64,000 bases of DNA. It comes from Octopus bimaculoides. Taxonomy: Eukaryota. The notes under the pieces were generated by a model, which saw nothing but the letters and a program-made list of their open reading frames with translations, made no database searches and was not told the origin of the DNA. The stretch covers positions 96,434,022-96,498,021 of the forward strand of contig NC_068982.1 in assembly GCF_001194135.2 (NCBI RefSeq), in the 5' to 3' direction. The translations under genes and the position numbers were made by a program. Shown here in pieces: positions 36,259-49,484 of this stretch (positions are counted from its first letter, which is position 1; each line of letters opens with the position of its first letter).

Positions 36259-37914
36259 TTAAGTATCACCTGATAGCTTATTTGACCAATCGTATTCAAC
36301 TACTAGTTGAATAAGCCATTAAACAAAACTTAGTTCCAGTCGAAACAAATTTTATAATGAATTTGACTCTTCTTTCTACCTATTAGTAAATGTCTACCTA
36401 TGAGTAAATGTTCTGTAGTTATTCTTATTCTTGCTATAGAATAATCACTTGAAATCAACACACTCATGCACACATACACACATGTCCATATAAGCAGTTG
36501 TACAATTAATTCTTTCTATTATAAATACAGGGCTTGAAGTTTTGCGGGAGTGGGTAAGTCAATTACATCAGCCCCATGCTCGACTGGTACTTATTTCATC
36601 AACCCCAAAAGGATAAAAGGCAAAGTTGACCTCAGCAGAATTTGATCTCAGAACATAAAGTTGGAAGATAGTTGCACAATTAGTGCAGACTGTTCAATTA
36701 ATATGCTACATTTCTCATTCCCAAATTTTTCTGTTTTGCCCTTGGCTATGTATACCTGCCGTCCCACACCACAACCACTGGATTTTCTTTTACTATATTC
36801 ACTCCACCATTCAACTTGTAGTATTCCCAGACTACTACCTGGTAACCTATCAATCTGGACACATTGTGAGAGCACAGTGTATTCAGACTGTCACACTATC
36901 CTCAAGGCCAACAAGCATCATATCATAAGGTGCTCAGTGAGATTTCAGTTTGTAATCATGAAGTATGTATGTAAAACATTGCATATCCCTTCACATTACT
37001 CTTAAATATTCATTAAAAAACCTTTAGTACCATATTAATGTGGAGTGGCACTAGCATACTAGATGTAAGCAAGCCAAGAAGTTACACCTGTATGAGAATA
37101 GTCATTATCTAAATGACTAATCCTGGTAAAAAGAAATGGTGGGGATGGTGGGAGACATTCTTGAAATTTTAATTACTATCAATTAAAAATAGAATGTGAT
37201 GGAAATAGGTCTAATCTTGAGTAGTGTGGTGCCTACTATAAATGTACTTTGTCTTATTGGATCACTTCAAGGTTTAGTAAATAAAAGGTAGGCTTCCTAC
37301 AGCCTGTGAGCCAACTCTTGCCTGCAAAGGGATTTTGACAGGCTTGTATGCAACTATTTTGATGCTTATCTGGCCATAAATGATTTTTACCCTTTATTCT
37401 AAGCATTTCAAAGTGAACTTTCAAGCAACACATGGCATCAAATTCTGCACTGGTCCTTTGATTGAATTAAATTATATATTTTTCTTTTTTATACTTAATT
37501 AACCTCCATTCAGTTCATCATGTTCATACTTTTCATGCTCTAATTGTTTTTTGAATGTTTTAATAGATTCAGTAGATACCTTATTCAAACCTTGTGCAAT
37601 TAAATTAAGTTTTTTGATTATTTAGCATACTTTACAAAGCAAAAATGATTTTCTAGTATGCCTCATTGATTTAGTGAAAAATATAACTCAACGTACTTCA
37701 ATGAATTGGCATATTTCAAAATTTTTACACCTTTTATCTGGCCCGCTTGCCATTGTTTAATATGTTATTCATCTTGCAAATGCAAAAAGGCTGCTGACTT
37801 TTTCTTGTTCAACTTTCTACAGAAATTGACTGAATAAAGAAGTAAAGAGGACTTCAGAGATATACAGAAAGTGACATTATAAATTAAAAGAATGACTGTG
37901 AAAAAATACCCAGG

Positions 37915-38270
37915 AATGCATACCACATGACTGTATGATTAAGAAGCTTGATCTCAGGTTCAATCCCACTGTGTGGCACCTTGGGCAAGTAACTTCTGCT
38001 GTAGCCTGGGGCCAACCAAAGCTTTATGTGTGCCCTTGTCTTGATATCATGTGGTAGTTGTAAATAAGCATCAATCTCATGCAAGTAATATTGTTCATTT
38101 CCAATCTTCTATGTAAAACATGTCTGACCATAGGAAATATTTCTTTACTTGGAATCAGATGAGAGTTGGTAACAGGAAGGGTATCCAGTCATAGAAATAT
38201 CTGCCTCAAATTCCATCTGACCCATGTAAGCATTGGAAAAGTTGACATTTAATGATGATGATGATGATGA
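37915..38270 (+). mobile_element. tRNA-head SINE ending in an RTE-like 3' tail
   Basis: Family B-like head, then ttggtaacaggaagggtatccag...gacccatgtaagcattggaaaag..(gat)n. Confidence 0.6.
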
Positions 38271-38309
38271 TCTGTCCAAAATTAACTCAAGCTATTAAAC
38301 AAAAACACA

Positions 38310-38594
38310 CATAATGCCACTTACTCAGTCTTGTTGGCATATAAGTGACTAAGATCACAATATTCCTCCTGAACAGGACACCAGTCCATTGCAGGGTTAC
38401 TCATTTACTGCTGAGTGGACTGGAGCAACATGAAATGAAGTGTCTTGCTCAAGAACACAATGTGTCACCCGGTACAGGAATCAGTACTTGAATCTTGTGA
38501 TCATGCATGCATCACCCTAACCCCTAGACCACAAGTCTTCGCTCCAACATATTCAACACATTTAATTTCTATGGCTCATTGTGGTTTGTCATCA

Positions 38595-38629
<35 letters not shown>

Positions 38630-38880
38630 ATAGTAGTAGTAGCAGGTAGCAAATTGGCAGAGTCAGTGTATCAGGCAGAATACCTCACAGTCTTTGTTCT
38701 GAATTGCTGCACCATAAGTTCAATTCCCATTATGGTCATCATTGCTTTTGTTCCTTTGAATGGAAAAAGTACCAAGCTGGGGTGGTGGATTGGCTGGGCT
38801 GTAAGAACGTCATAGGATGCTTTCTGGTATTCTTTCCCTGCTCTTTGCATTCTGAGTTTAGATTCCACTGTAGCCTACTT
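38310..38880. mobile_element. Family E SINE (-), (GTA)n, family C SINE (+)
   Basis: Matches to the family patterns. Confidence 0.6.
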
Positions 38881-40139
38881 GGCTTCAGTCAGTAGACTTA
38901 TTCTCTCACCACTTGACTCTTTGCATGTCTTTAGCAGAGTCCACTCTTTTGCAAGCATTTGAGCCAGATTTCCAGTTTGAAGATATTTCCCTCCTTTTCT
39001 CTCACTTTTTTTCAGAGGCCCTTTAAAGGGTTATGAGTACTGCCTTCTCTCCTACTGAAACATAAAAATAAAATGTAGTCACTATTCTGCTGTGGTAATG
39101 TGGGGTACAGTGTAACTCCAATATGTTTCTGCTGAAGCAGAGTTATAATATTTAGCAACTGGTTGGCCTTTCAATCCAGCACATTATAAGTACCATGATT
39201 CAATTCTCTGTTGTTTTTTTACTAATGAGGTACAGGAAGAAGTTTCGCATGTGTGTGCAAGAAAGAGAGTGAGAGAGTGTGTACATGGTCAGTTTATTTT
39301 ATTTTCCAGTAAAAAAGAAACAAAAACATTTCAAATATCTTTAGTACGTGCGTGTTTGAATGTGTGCATATCAAGTGTGTGAGCTTAAAAAAAGGAAGAA
39401 ACAGAAGTTTGGTAGAGGACAAAGGGGGTAGAGAGAGAAAGAGAAATGGTCATGATTTAAAATCACTCAATACTCCTTCAACCATGATGACGGAAATGAA
39501 AATAGTAATAAAAAAAGGTATGAACATTAAAGAGATATATGATATGTTATAAACTGACATGACTTAAGTATCGATCACCTCTCTCTCTATTCTAGAATAA
39601 CCAAATTCTACTACTGATTACCTCAAATGTAATGAATCAAATCTGGGACATTTGATGTACATACGTCATGATGGCTTTTTGTCTGTATTTAATATATATA
39701 TATATAGCTGATGTCGCACACTTAGAGCAAGAAATAAGCTTCCGGTGAATGAACGTCATGGGCTCCAATCCTAGAGGATACCATTTCACTTCACTAGTGA
39801 TATTAATGTTGTTAGGTATGAAATCAATCAGTGTTTCTCATATAGATGTGGGCGAAGATTGAAAAAGGGACAGACATATGGCCGTGTATATTGAAATTAA
39901 GGTGGTTTTCAACTTTATGAACTTGTCCAACATTATGGCTAAGATAAAATAATTATATGGATATATATATATATATATATACTCTATTTTGTCTTCTCTT
40001 TAATAAAGAGGTGAAGATAGACAGAAGTTTCACTGATATTTGGAGCAAGGCTTAGTGTTTGTTATTTTGAGAACCAAAGCTGTGATTATCACAACTTCCT
40101 GTTTTTCTCTCTTCAAAAATATTGGTGTGTGTATGTGCA

Positions 40140-40960
40140 GGCATGGCTATGTGATTAAGAAGCTCACTTTGCAACCACAGAGATCAGTTTCAGTCCCAAT
40201 ACACACTACTTTGGGCCAACGAATCTGGTAAATAGAAACTGTAGAAACATGCTGTGTGTGTGTTTTCTTCCCCACACCATCACCACTTGACAACCATTGT
40301 TGGTTTGTGTATGGCCCTATGACTTAGCCTTTTGGTGAAAGAAACTGATAGAATAAGCACCAAACTTTAAAAAATACAAACAAGCATTTGGGGTTGATTT
40401 GTTCAATGAAACCCTTTAAAGTGGTGCCCAAGCATGGCCACCTCCAGTGACTGAAACAAGTAAAAGATTTTTTTTTCTTTTTTTTTTTTTTTTACCTCAG
40501 TTCTTTCTTGCAATAAGTATAATTAGAAAAATGATTTCTAACATTGGCAGCAGGAGAACACAGTTGAGTAAACTGATTCCCAAGGAATTTTGAAATAATT
40601 GTTTCTACTTTAAGCACAAGGCTATCACTTTATATCAACCCTGGCACTTGACTGGTACTCTATTTCATCAACCCTGAATGGATGAAAGACAAAGTTGATC
40701 TTGACACAATTTAAACTCAAAACACAACTAAAAAGTCAAATACCAAATAATGATGATGACTAATGATGATAATGCCAAAAACACTTTCTGAATAAACACC
40801 GGACCTCAAAATTAGGAGCAAAGTTTCCCTAATATTTAACATATTTTATCTCCTGAAGAATGAAAAGAGAAGTCGATCCTGGTGGAATTTGAACTCAGAA
40901 TGTAAGTGGACCCAACTAAATATGACAAGGCATTTTGTCCACTTCATTTTGTCATGCACT
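40140..40960. mobile_element. Family B SINE (+, 40140-40470) and two family C SINEs (-, 40600-40960)
   Basis: Matches to the family patterns. Confidence 0.65.
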
Positions 40961-41427
40961 AATAATAATGTAATTATAATAATTTCTCTCACTGTCACAT
41001 GAGTAACAGTGAAACAGGGCTACAATGAAATAATGAAGGTGTACAGAAACATGTGTATGCATGTGCATGTGTGTGTGAAAGAGAGTAGATGGTGGTGCTG
41101 ATTACCTTCTTGTTGGCCCTTATGGAGCAGCCCTATAATCAAAAGCCATATCTACCCCATCTCTTTAATATATCTAGGACTACACTGCCTCCAGTGTGTG
41201 TGTTGTGTGTGCATGCGCGCTTAAAAAATACTATAGGGCATGGTTTAACCCTTTTGACACCAACCTGCCTGAGACTGCCTCAGGTTCTATGATACAAACT
41301 TCCAGTTTTAAAGTGATCTAAATTAAATCATCCATCGAAATTCCCTGCTAAGTAATGTTCTAAACACTAACTTAATAATGAGAGTTACTTCACTGAATTC
41401 TTCATTATTTTCAAAATTATTTTAAGC

Positions 41428-41492
41428 CAGTGGTTTCCAACCTGGGGTCCGCAAAGGTAGTACTGTGGTCCTTGAACTAAATTCAAAATTTC

Positions 41493-41526
<34 letters not shown>

Positions 41527-41642
41527 TTAGGGAATACTATATATTTATATATTTTTTATACTGTGAAACTTAATTTAATTTTAATTTTTAATAAATTGAT
41601 TTTAATTGAGTTTTTACCTGTAATATTGGATTTTATCGCTAA

Positions 41643-41675
<33 letters not shown>

Positions 41676-41796
41676 GCACACACACACACACACACACACA
41701 TGCGCGTGCACACACAATATATATACACATAAGGATAAGCATACTAAAAGGGGTCCATGGGAAAACTCATTTAAATAAAAGGGTTGGGAACTATGG
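41428..41796. mobile_element. hAT MITE with perfect 8-bp TSD
   Basis: TSD ttttaagc on both sides; termini cagtggtttccaacct / gggttgggaactatgg; same family as 61493-61657. Confidence 0.8.
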
Positions 41797-41825
41797 TTTT
41801 AAGCAAATGGAGTTTTTCAACAGAA

Positions 41826-42120
41826 GTCGTCGTCGTCATCGTTTAACGTCCGCTTTCCATGCTAGCATGGGTTGGACGATTTGACTGAGGTCTGGTGAAA
41901 CCAGATGGCTACACCAGGCTCCAATCTGATTTGGCAGAGTTTCTACAGCTGGATGCCCTTCCTAACGCCAACCACTCCAAGAGTGTAATGGGTGCTTTTA
42001 CGTGTCACCCGCACGAAGGCCAGTCAGGCGGTACTGGCAACGGCCACGCTCAAAATGGTGCATTTCATGTGCCACCCGCACAAGAGCCAGTCCAGGGGCA
42101 CTGGCAACGATCTTGCTCGA
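41826..42120 (-). mobile_element. RTE 3' UTR copy (family A)
   Basis: Reverse complement of the 22320-22610 sequence. Confidence 0.85.
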
Positions 42121-42404
42121 AAAAAAAGAAAAAAATTATGGTAATAAAAAGATTAAGCAAGATTTGGCTGCTATTTCTCAGTTTGAATGTAAGTGTTATT
42201 ATTGTTACTGATACAGTTGTAGTAAATAGGATTCTAATTATTATTTTTTTTTATGTGAATTTCCATCAAGTTCGTCAAGGTTACACTTTCAAACTTCAAT
42301 TGTGCCATTGAAACTCTACAACAATATTCTCTAGTTCCTCTCCTCTAATGTTCATTTAATTCTCCATGTGTATCTTGATTTTCTTAGCTCAAGAATGCTT
42401 ATTG

Positions 42405-42703
42405 TGGATTGTTGTTATTTACAGTTCTATATTTAAGAGATGAGGAATTATGTACATTATTTACATTTGATGGATATTTGTCCTCATCTTGTTTGTTGTT
42501 AACACAACGTTTTGGCTGATATACCCTCCAGTCTTCGTCAGGTGTCTTGAGGAAATTTTGAACCTGGGTTCTCATTCCGAAAGCATTTTTTGATGTCGTT
42601 GTTGTTATTATTATTATCATTATTATTATTAAGGTCACTGCCTGGAATCGAACTTGGAATGTTGGTTAGTAGCCTGCGTTCTTAACCACTACGCCATATG
42701 CCC
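42405..42703 (-). mobile_element. tRNA-head + (AAT)n + hammerhead SINE-like element, apparently full length
   Basis: Minus strand: gggcata-TGGCGTAGTGG (A box)...GTTCGATTCC (B box)...(aat)n...HHR-like core. Confidence 0.85.
42501..42546 (-). ncRNA. Hammerhead motif, decayed copy (G12A, one stem II mismatch)
   Basis: GACAC-CTGACGA-A-GACTG(gagggtatat)CAGCC-AAAA-CG-TT-GTGTT. Confidence 0.55.
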
Positions 42704-42861
42704 GTGGCATATAACGATGTTATTTAGTCAGGTTAAAATTGATTTACTGACCTGTGATCAACCAAAGGACTTTTAATTATGGCCATTTTATCCTTTTGTC
42801 AGGTGTTACTTAATTTTGACTGGGTTATTCATTATGTCCTATTTCAAGAGGATTGTAAGTA

Positions 42862-43714
42862 TTGGGTCATCCCATAAATAATGCAGTTTTTTCAATTGCA
42901 TGAACTAAAAGTCAGAGGGGGACAGAATAAGATACCCACATCAACTTGCTATAAAAGCAGGTAGTAATTTTACCTTGTACTTATTCTTAGTGCAAGTTTT
43001 GAAGAGTGCAGTTCATTTTTAACAGTTATTTTTGCAAAGCTATAATGGAAGTGACAAAGGAGCATATTCAGCATATTTTGCTTCATGAGTTCAATAAAGG
43101 TAACAATGCAATGGAAAGTATGCGGAATATTAATGCAATATATAAGGGTTGAACAATAAGCACAAGCCAGTGTCAATGGTGGTTCCAGAAATTCTGAGCT
43201 GGAAACTACAGCCTAGAGGATGAGCCTCAAGGATGTCCTGCAAACTGTTGAGGTGCTAGCGAGCAGCTTGTGCAGCTTAAGTCAGCACTAGAAGAAAAAC
43301 GACCATCTTTGGTTTCAAGACAAAAGGTGTCTTTCCATAAGGATAATGCTTAGCCATATATAGCGAGGATGACATTCCAAAGGCTGGAGCAGTTTGAATG
43401 GGAAATGATGCTCATCCATCATATTCACCAAACATTGCCCCATCTGATAATCATTTATTCCGCAGTCTTCAAAATCATTTGGACGGAAAAAATATGAATT
43501 CTGTAGATGAGGTCAGAATAGTACTGGGGGAGTATTTTTCATTATGGACAAGCGGATTTTGGAAGAGGGTCTTTGCAAGTCTGCCAGCTAGATGGAAGAG
43601 CATTGTAGAAAATGAAGGACAGTATATTTTGGATTAAAAAAGAACTTTATCTTAATTTTGAAAAATAAAAAAAAAGTATTTTTAAAAAAATGCATTATTT
43701 ATGGGATGACCCAG
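42862..43714 (+). mobile_element. mariner (Mos1-like) element, internally deleted, both TIRs present
   Basis: TA TSD; 24-bp TIRs ttgggtcatcccataaataatgca / tgcattatttatgggatgacccag; MEVTKEHIQHILLHEFNKG..WFQKF.AGNYSLEDEP, HKDNA.P, YSPNIAPSDNHLFRSLQNHLDG..W..IVENEGQY. Confidence 0.95.
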
Positions 43715-45379
43715 TAATTTGAAGGATATTTAGCTCCTTTTTCTAGAACGTCTCAAGCAATGATATAGAAGCTCTCTCATTACCTCAGTGCCATTGTCTG
43801 TCAGCTGATTTTTGGAAGACCAACAAATATTCATTTTTTTCATAAAAACTTGACTGAATTCTGCTTTTTTATCCTGTTAATTTATGAAAGGTAACATTTA
43901 TCTTATAACTAAAAGTGGCTTCCACGCAGTCTTTCTATGTTGTGTCTCTATAATTTTTATGGAGATTTTTGCAAGCAGAAAGATTGTCGAAGTCATTTTG
44001 GTTCAAAGAATAAATTCTCTCCACAGTAGGTGAAGCAGTGAGTTAAACATGAAAAACAAAGTTTTGCACTTGTAATGGCTTCATGCATGACCTTCAACTT
44101 TTGACACATATCATTCACATAGCAGTTGACATCAAACATACATACAAAGGGATTTAACCCGTTCACACAATGTTTGGTTATACATGTAGGTGAAGAAAAA
44201 AAAAAGGACTTGGTACATATAAGAGTTTATTTATTCATTGGAATAAATCTCTGCTCAATTTTTTGTCATAGTTTATCCTTTAGGCACAAAAGAAGAAAAA
44301 GATATTTCTAATTTGATCTTAGATTTGATATACTATACAAAGTCAAAACAGAAATATCACACACACATGCATGTGCACATGGAAAGAGTTGAAGTGTATC
44401 TGAAATATTTTAATTTATTTACATTCTCTCTTAATGCTGGGTTCTGTGAAACAGTGCTGGTGTATCTTTTCTGTATTTATTTTATGTCTAATCGTTATAG
44501 ATTTTTGTTTGAATAAATGGAGAAATTAGTCATTGAAATCCTATTCTAAATAATTTTCTGAGTATATGTATATATATAATGTGTGTGTATGAGGTGAAAT
44601 GGAAATGAAAAGAAAAACTCTGAAAAAGGAAGAGGGGAAAAAAAAGGATCATGTCTTGCTGTAAATACAGTATTGTGTGGCTGCCTGTATCATATTTAAC
44701 TATGGCATAATAACTAAAGTACTATGTACCTTAATCATTTAGCATTGGCACAATAACTATAGTTCTGTATACTTTTATCTCATTACGTGTGATGTAATAA
44801 CCATATAGGCATCTCCTGCATTATGGAAAGTTGTGGTCTTAGAAGTTTGTGTTGCAATGTGGAGTTTTGTAACATGGAAAGTACTATCCCCTTCTCCCCC
44901 ACACAAATTTGAGGCCTTATGTTTATAGCAGAAAGGAGTATTAAGTGAAGATGCTGTTTAACCCCAGGTCAGATTTGATTGGTTTTGCCTTTGGCAGCCA
45001 TGATCATTTTGACTTTTTTTCTTTAGACATGGTGTAGCTAAGACTACATTTTCCTATGTGGCTTTCCATTTTCAATACAATACATTGAAGAAGGTTACTC
45101 ATTGCTTTTATCTGTTTGGAAATACAGCTCAAATTAGTTTAATTTTGATCCCAATAAAGATAAATTTAGACAAACATTAAATGTTTACTTTTTAGCATGC
45201 AAGAGGACCTTCAATTTATTAGATCGAAGATCTTCATTTGAGTTTTAAAAAGGATAATCAGTTAATCCATTTATCTTTGCAAGACAGGTTAACATTTGTT
45301 ATATTGATTGATTTTGCTCTTCATATTTTAAACAATCAGACTCTGTTTCATTAAATTCATTACATTGTGAAGTGTTTAA

Positions 45380-45657
45380 CCCATTACCTACCAGTGATCT
45401 CAAATGAGATCACTCAAAAATTACAAATTTCGTAATTATCTGTCAATATTTACACATATCTAACCTTTTTGCTATATCTACTAGGTATATTTCTCTGATA
45501 TTCAAATGAGGTTTGCTAATTTTTCACCCAATATCTCGCTTATTTCTATTTAAAATGTTATTTTGATCATTCCAGCGTGTTTCTAAGGCTGTTTTATGCT
45601 AGAAATCAAAGTTTCATAAAAAAAATTCCAGTTAATAGAATTATGGGAAGTAATGGG
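45380..45657. mobile_element. piggyBac-type MITE
   Basis: TTAA on both sides; TIR cccattac / gtaatggg. Confidence 0.75.
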
Positions 45658-45952
45658 TTAATAATATGGGTGTACTTGGCAGTATAGTATGAGTTAATCG
45701 ATTGTTTTCAAGTTTGAAATATTGGATAGAACTATCTACAGTTCTATCCAAAATGCCTACCATCATCACCATTTATTACTATACCTTTTTTCAGACACAA
45801 CACCTATGTAACAAAGAACTATCTTATTCAATACCTCTATCATTCACTCTTTTTTTATTACTAACCATCATCTTCTCTCACCTTATCACACTTCATTTAC
45901 ATCCAACACTTTTTACCAATACCCATCTTTATTTTTGTACGGTTCAATTCAG

Positions 45953-46076
45953 GTACCTGATGTTGATAAACCACAAAAATGGTGACATGTCTGTATCCAT
46001 CACTCCTGAATGGGATTGGAGGCAAGTTGTCTTGCCTGTCTATGACTTTCAGGTGTTTAGCACCCAACGTTATGAG
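45953..46076 (+). CDS. Candidate internal exon of an unidentified gene (YLMLINHKNGDMSVSITPEWDWRQVVLPVYDFQVFSTQRYE)
   Basis: Pyrimidine-rich acceptor ...tttttgtacggttcaattcag, donor GAG|gtagtt, 124 nt open, GC above background, protein-like composition; not recognised. Confidence 0.45.
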
Positions 46077-46706
46077 GTAGTTGTCTCCAAAATGCTATAC
46101 TGCAGCAAACAAGCAAAATACATATATTGAGTATGTACTATCAAAAATGTTTACAACACTAGTACTGTTTTTAATTCATAATAAAATGATGTATAATATA
46201 TTGCATTTAGCTCCATTAAAATAGGAACATAGTTAACTATTTCTGTTTGCCAGTCTACACTAATGTCAGTGACTTTGTTTTTAAAGAAGGATAATAGGGT
46301 TGTTATGGGCTAAATGTAGGTGATACTACTACCTTAATAACTAAACAGCCATCTAGACATAGACTTTCATTTTTTTGTTAATTTATGAAGAGGAAGTAAA
46401 TAAATTAGCACTGTGATCCTCATTGTTATGGTGAGCATGTATGTGTGCGTGCATATATATATATAAAGAGAGATATATAAACATGCTAAGTGTTCAAGGT
46501 ATTTTTATGAGGATGGGCTACAATTATATGTACTATGTACAAATGTAATGCACACGTGTGTATGAGTATATATGTTACAATAGGTATTATCCAGTTATAC
46601 ATCACACAACCAGTAATACACTGCTCGACAATATTTCAAAATATTACTGCTTTATTATACTGTGTTATTTTCCTGACTTATGGGCAATTTTCTGATTTTA
46701 TATATA

Positions 46707-46757
<51 letters not shown>

Positions 46758-46759
<2 letters not shown>

Positions 46760-47176
46760 GTGCTGTGCGTGAGAAGACCCGGCAAGCCAAGTAAGATCGT
46801 TGCCAGTGCCCCTGGACTGGTTCTTGTGCGGGTGGCACATGAGATGCACCATTTTGAGCNNNNNNNNNNNNNNNNNNNNNNNNNNNNNNNNNNNNNNNNN
46901 NNNNNNNNNNNNNNNNNNNNNNNNNNNNNNNNNNNNNNCTTGTGCGGGTGGCACATAAAAGACACCATTTCGAGCGTGGCCGTTTTCGTGCGGGTGACAC
47001 GTAAAAGCACCCACTACACTCTCTGAGTGGTTGGCGTTAGGAAGGGCATCCAGCTGTAGAAACTCTGCCAAATTAGACTGGAGCCTGGTGTTGCCATCCG
47101 GTTTCACCAGTCCTCAGTCAAATCGTCCAACCCATGCTAGCATGGAAAGCGGACGTTAAACGATGATGATGATGAT
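46758..47176 (+). mobile_element. RTE LINE 3' end (AVREKTRQAK* + UTR + (GAT)n) spanning an assembly gap (46860-46938)
   Basis: Same start as 22006; 3' part nearly identical to 8-245. Confidence 0.85.
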
Positions 47177-49229
47177 ATATATATAGTTCAAAAAAACAAT
47201 AACAAAAAGACAACAAAGTGAGGATGTGATACGGATAGTGTTATTGGACGCTCCGGGAAAGGAAAGTCAAGGAACACAATTGTTACACATAGTTTTAATC
47301 ATACAGAGCGAAGGAGCTGAATATATTGTTACTACTTATTTCATCAATTTTAGAAGAATAAATAGTTGACTCTAGCTGAATTTGATTTTTTGAATTGAAT
47401 TGCAGATGAAGAAAGCTAAATGACTTATATCATTTTCACCAACTTGCTGCCCGTCATTCTCAAAGTTATTGAAAGGCATTGATGTATTTAGACTAGGTCC
47501 AGTGAATTCTCCATTACTTTTGAATAAGAGTACTGCATCCTACAAACTTCTACATAATTTTTATCCATACAGTTGCATTCACAAAGCTTGGATTACCCTG
47601 AGGGTATTTGCCTAAGATACCTGGGACTACGTAATTGTGAAATGAACCTACATGTTCATGCACATATGCATCCCCATTAGTGTATACACACATACATTGC
47701 TACAGGTAAAGACTATGTGGTATCTACATATTGGACTTCTCACTCACATTTCTAAATCTGAACTGTCATATATACCGTGTACAAAAATAAAGCATGTACC
47801 CACCAATGAATGTGTAGTTCACAACTAAGCCCAACATACATTATCACTCATGGTTTCATTTAGACATGCATACACACACTCAGATATTTTTTTATGAGAC
47901 ACACACAAGTACCATCTTTATGTATTCTTTTTCCCCAAACAACTTCCTCTTTTATGTACTTAGGGAGCAACCTACTGTTGTTGTTTGGTTCCAGATCAGG
48001 TTAGACCTGGTTGAGCAAACTTGTGATTAAAGGCATTCTAGTCATGACTATAGCATCTTTTCAGAGGTTTGTATATTATTTAATATATCCTTATTTAGAA
48101 TAGTAGGGTGTGATTGAAAGAAATTTGTTTGATATTTCTTGCAGCTCTAGCAAGCACATAAAATCTTTCTTTGCTTGTACAGTCATGTAGTTCCACTTAC
48201 TGTTGAAACCATAGTAGGCTGCAAATGTAGCTTGGCTGTCAACAATGAACACACACCTACAATTACATATATACATGCATACATATATACACTAATGCAT
48301 GTGCACATGCAAACCAGCTTCATATATTATTAAGTGTCTCCTTAATTCCACCAATGAATAGTATTTACTGAATAAAATTGCTACATGTCACATAGATTCT
48401 TTGTCAACCACTTTCTGTAAGTAATTTACTGATGTAATCTCCATTATCATTCTTTAAATGGATCTTGTATTTTTAGGATAAACACTTTGTGTCTTGTCAT
48501 CAGCGGTGAATAGTGTAGTGACTGTGATAAAGGGACTCATTTCTCTACTGGCCCAGCCCACTTAACAGAAAGTGGACAACATAAAGAAAAATTGGTCCCT
48601 CTACAAAAATTGACTTAGACTTTTTTTTTAGTTAACAATGTTGACTTATCATTTATACTGTGGATTAAACTGGAGAAAAGATGGGTTCTGCAGAAGTAAA
48701 CTCCTAAGTATGATACACAAAGACGTTTCATATTCACTTTAAGGCTTAAAAGGCGTTATAGATAGAACTCAATATTGTTATCTTGTATATAACTTTCTAT
48801 ACAATGACAGGATAGCTTGTCAGTTCCAACAATTATGTTTTATCAAACATCAATAATTCTATGCAGCATGCTATCACTGATTTTTTTTGGTTGTTTCAGT
48901 AAAGGTCTCGTTATCTGTCATTTTAAATAGCAATTCATCATTAGAGGCTATGGTCATTCTGTGACTGATATTAATGGGGTAATCAATTTCAGCCAAAAAT
49001 ACTAGATATGTTCTTTCTTTGTGTCACACTAACACTTTTCTTACTGAGTCAATTCTTGCCAATGTTGGTCTCTTTGAATACTAATGTTTATATGTTCATG
49101 TAACATAAGTACCTATCAGTTTCTGTACTCATCCTGTCAGTATCTTATAATGCACAATAACTGTGTATGTGTGTAAATAAGGAATAGCATTTCTTTCTTA
49201 TATATTGTGTTTATATCTGTGTGCATACA

Positions 49230-49260
<31 letters not shown>

Positions 49261-49484
49261 TATGGAGATGTTGAAACACCAATATATGTCTGTCCATAAA
49301 TATATGTATACACAAACACAATATATGTGCGCACACACACAAATATATACATGCCTGCATGTCAACACATTCTCACTAATTAAGAGGTGAGTAAATCTCA
49401 CCTATGCCAGCATGGAAATCAGATATTATAACATTCATGCTGATTATTGTTATTGTTATTATTACTACTACTACTACTATTATT

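Larger units (their letters stand above)
41249..42152. mobile_element. piggyBac-type MITE hosting two nested insertions
   Basis: TTAA at 41245-41248 and 42153-42156; termini cccttttgacacc / ggtaataaaaaga. Confidence 0.55.

Noticed and set aside
39705-39780. tRNA-like segment (gtcatgggctccaatccta)
   Set aside because: Only a degenerate B box; no A box or stems.
42633-42703. tRNA gene (also the heads at 14040-14100, 35406 and 60354)
   Set aside because: A and B boxes are present but there is no consistent cloverleaf, and each head continues into a SINE body.
45702-46130. 142-aa ORF as a stand-alone gene
   Set aside because: The first about 83 codons are low-complexity pyrimidine-rich intron-like sequence; only the exon-like 3' part is retained as a candidate.
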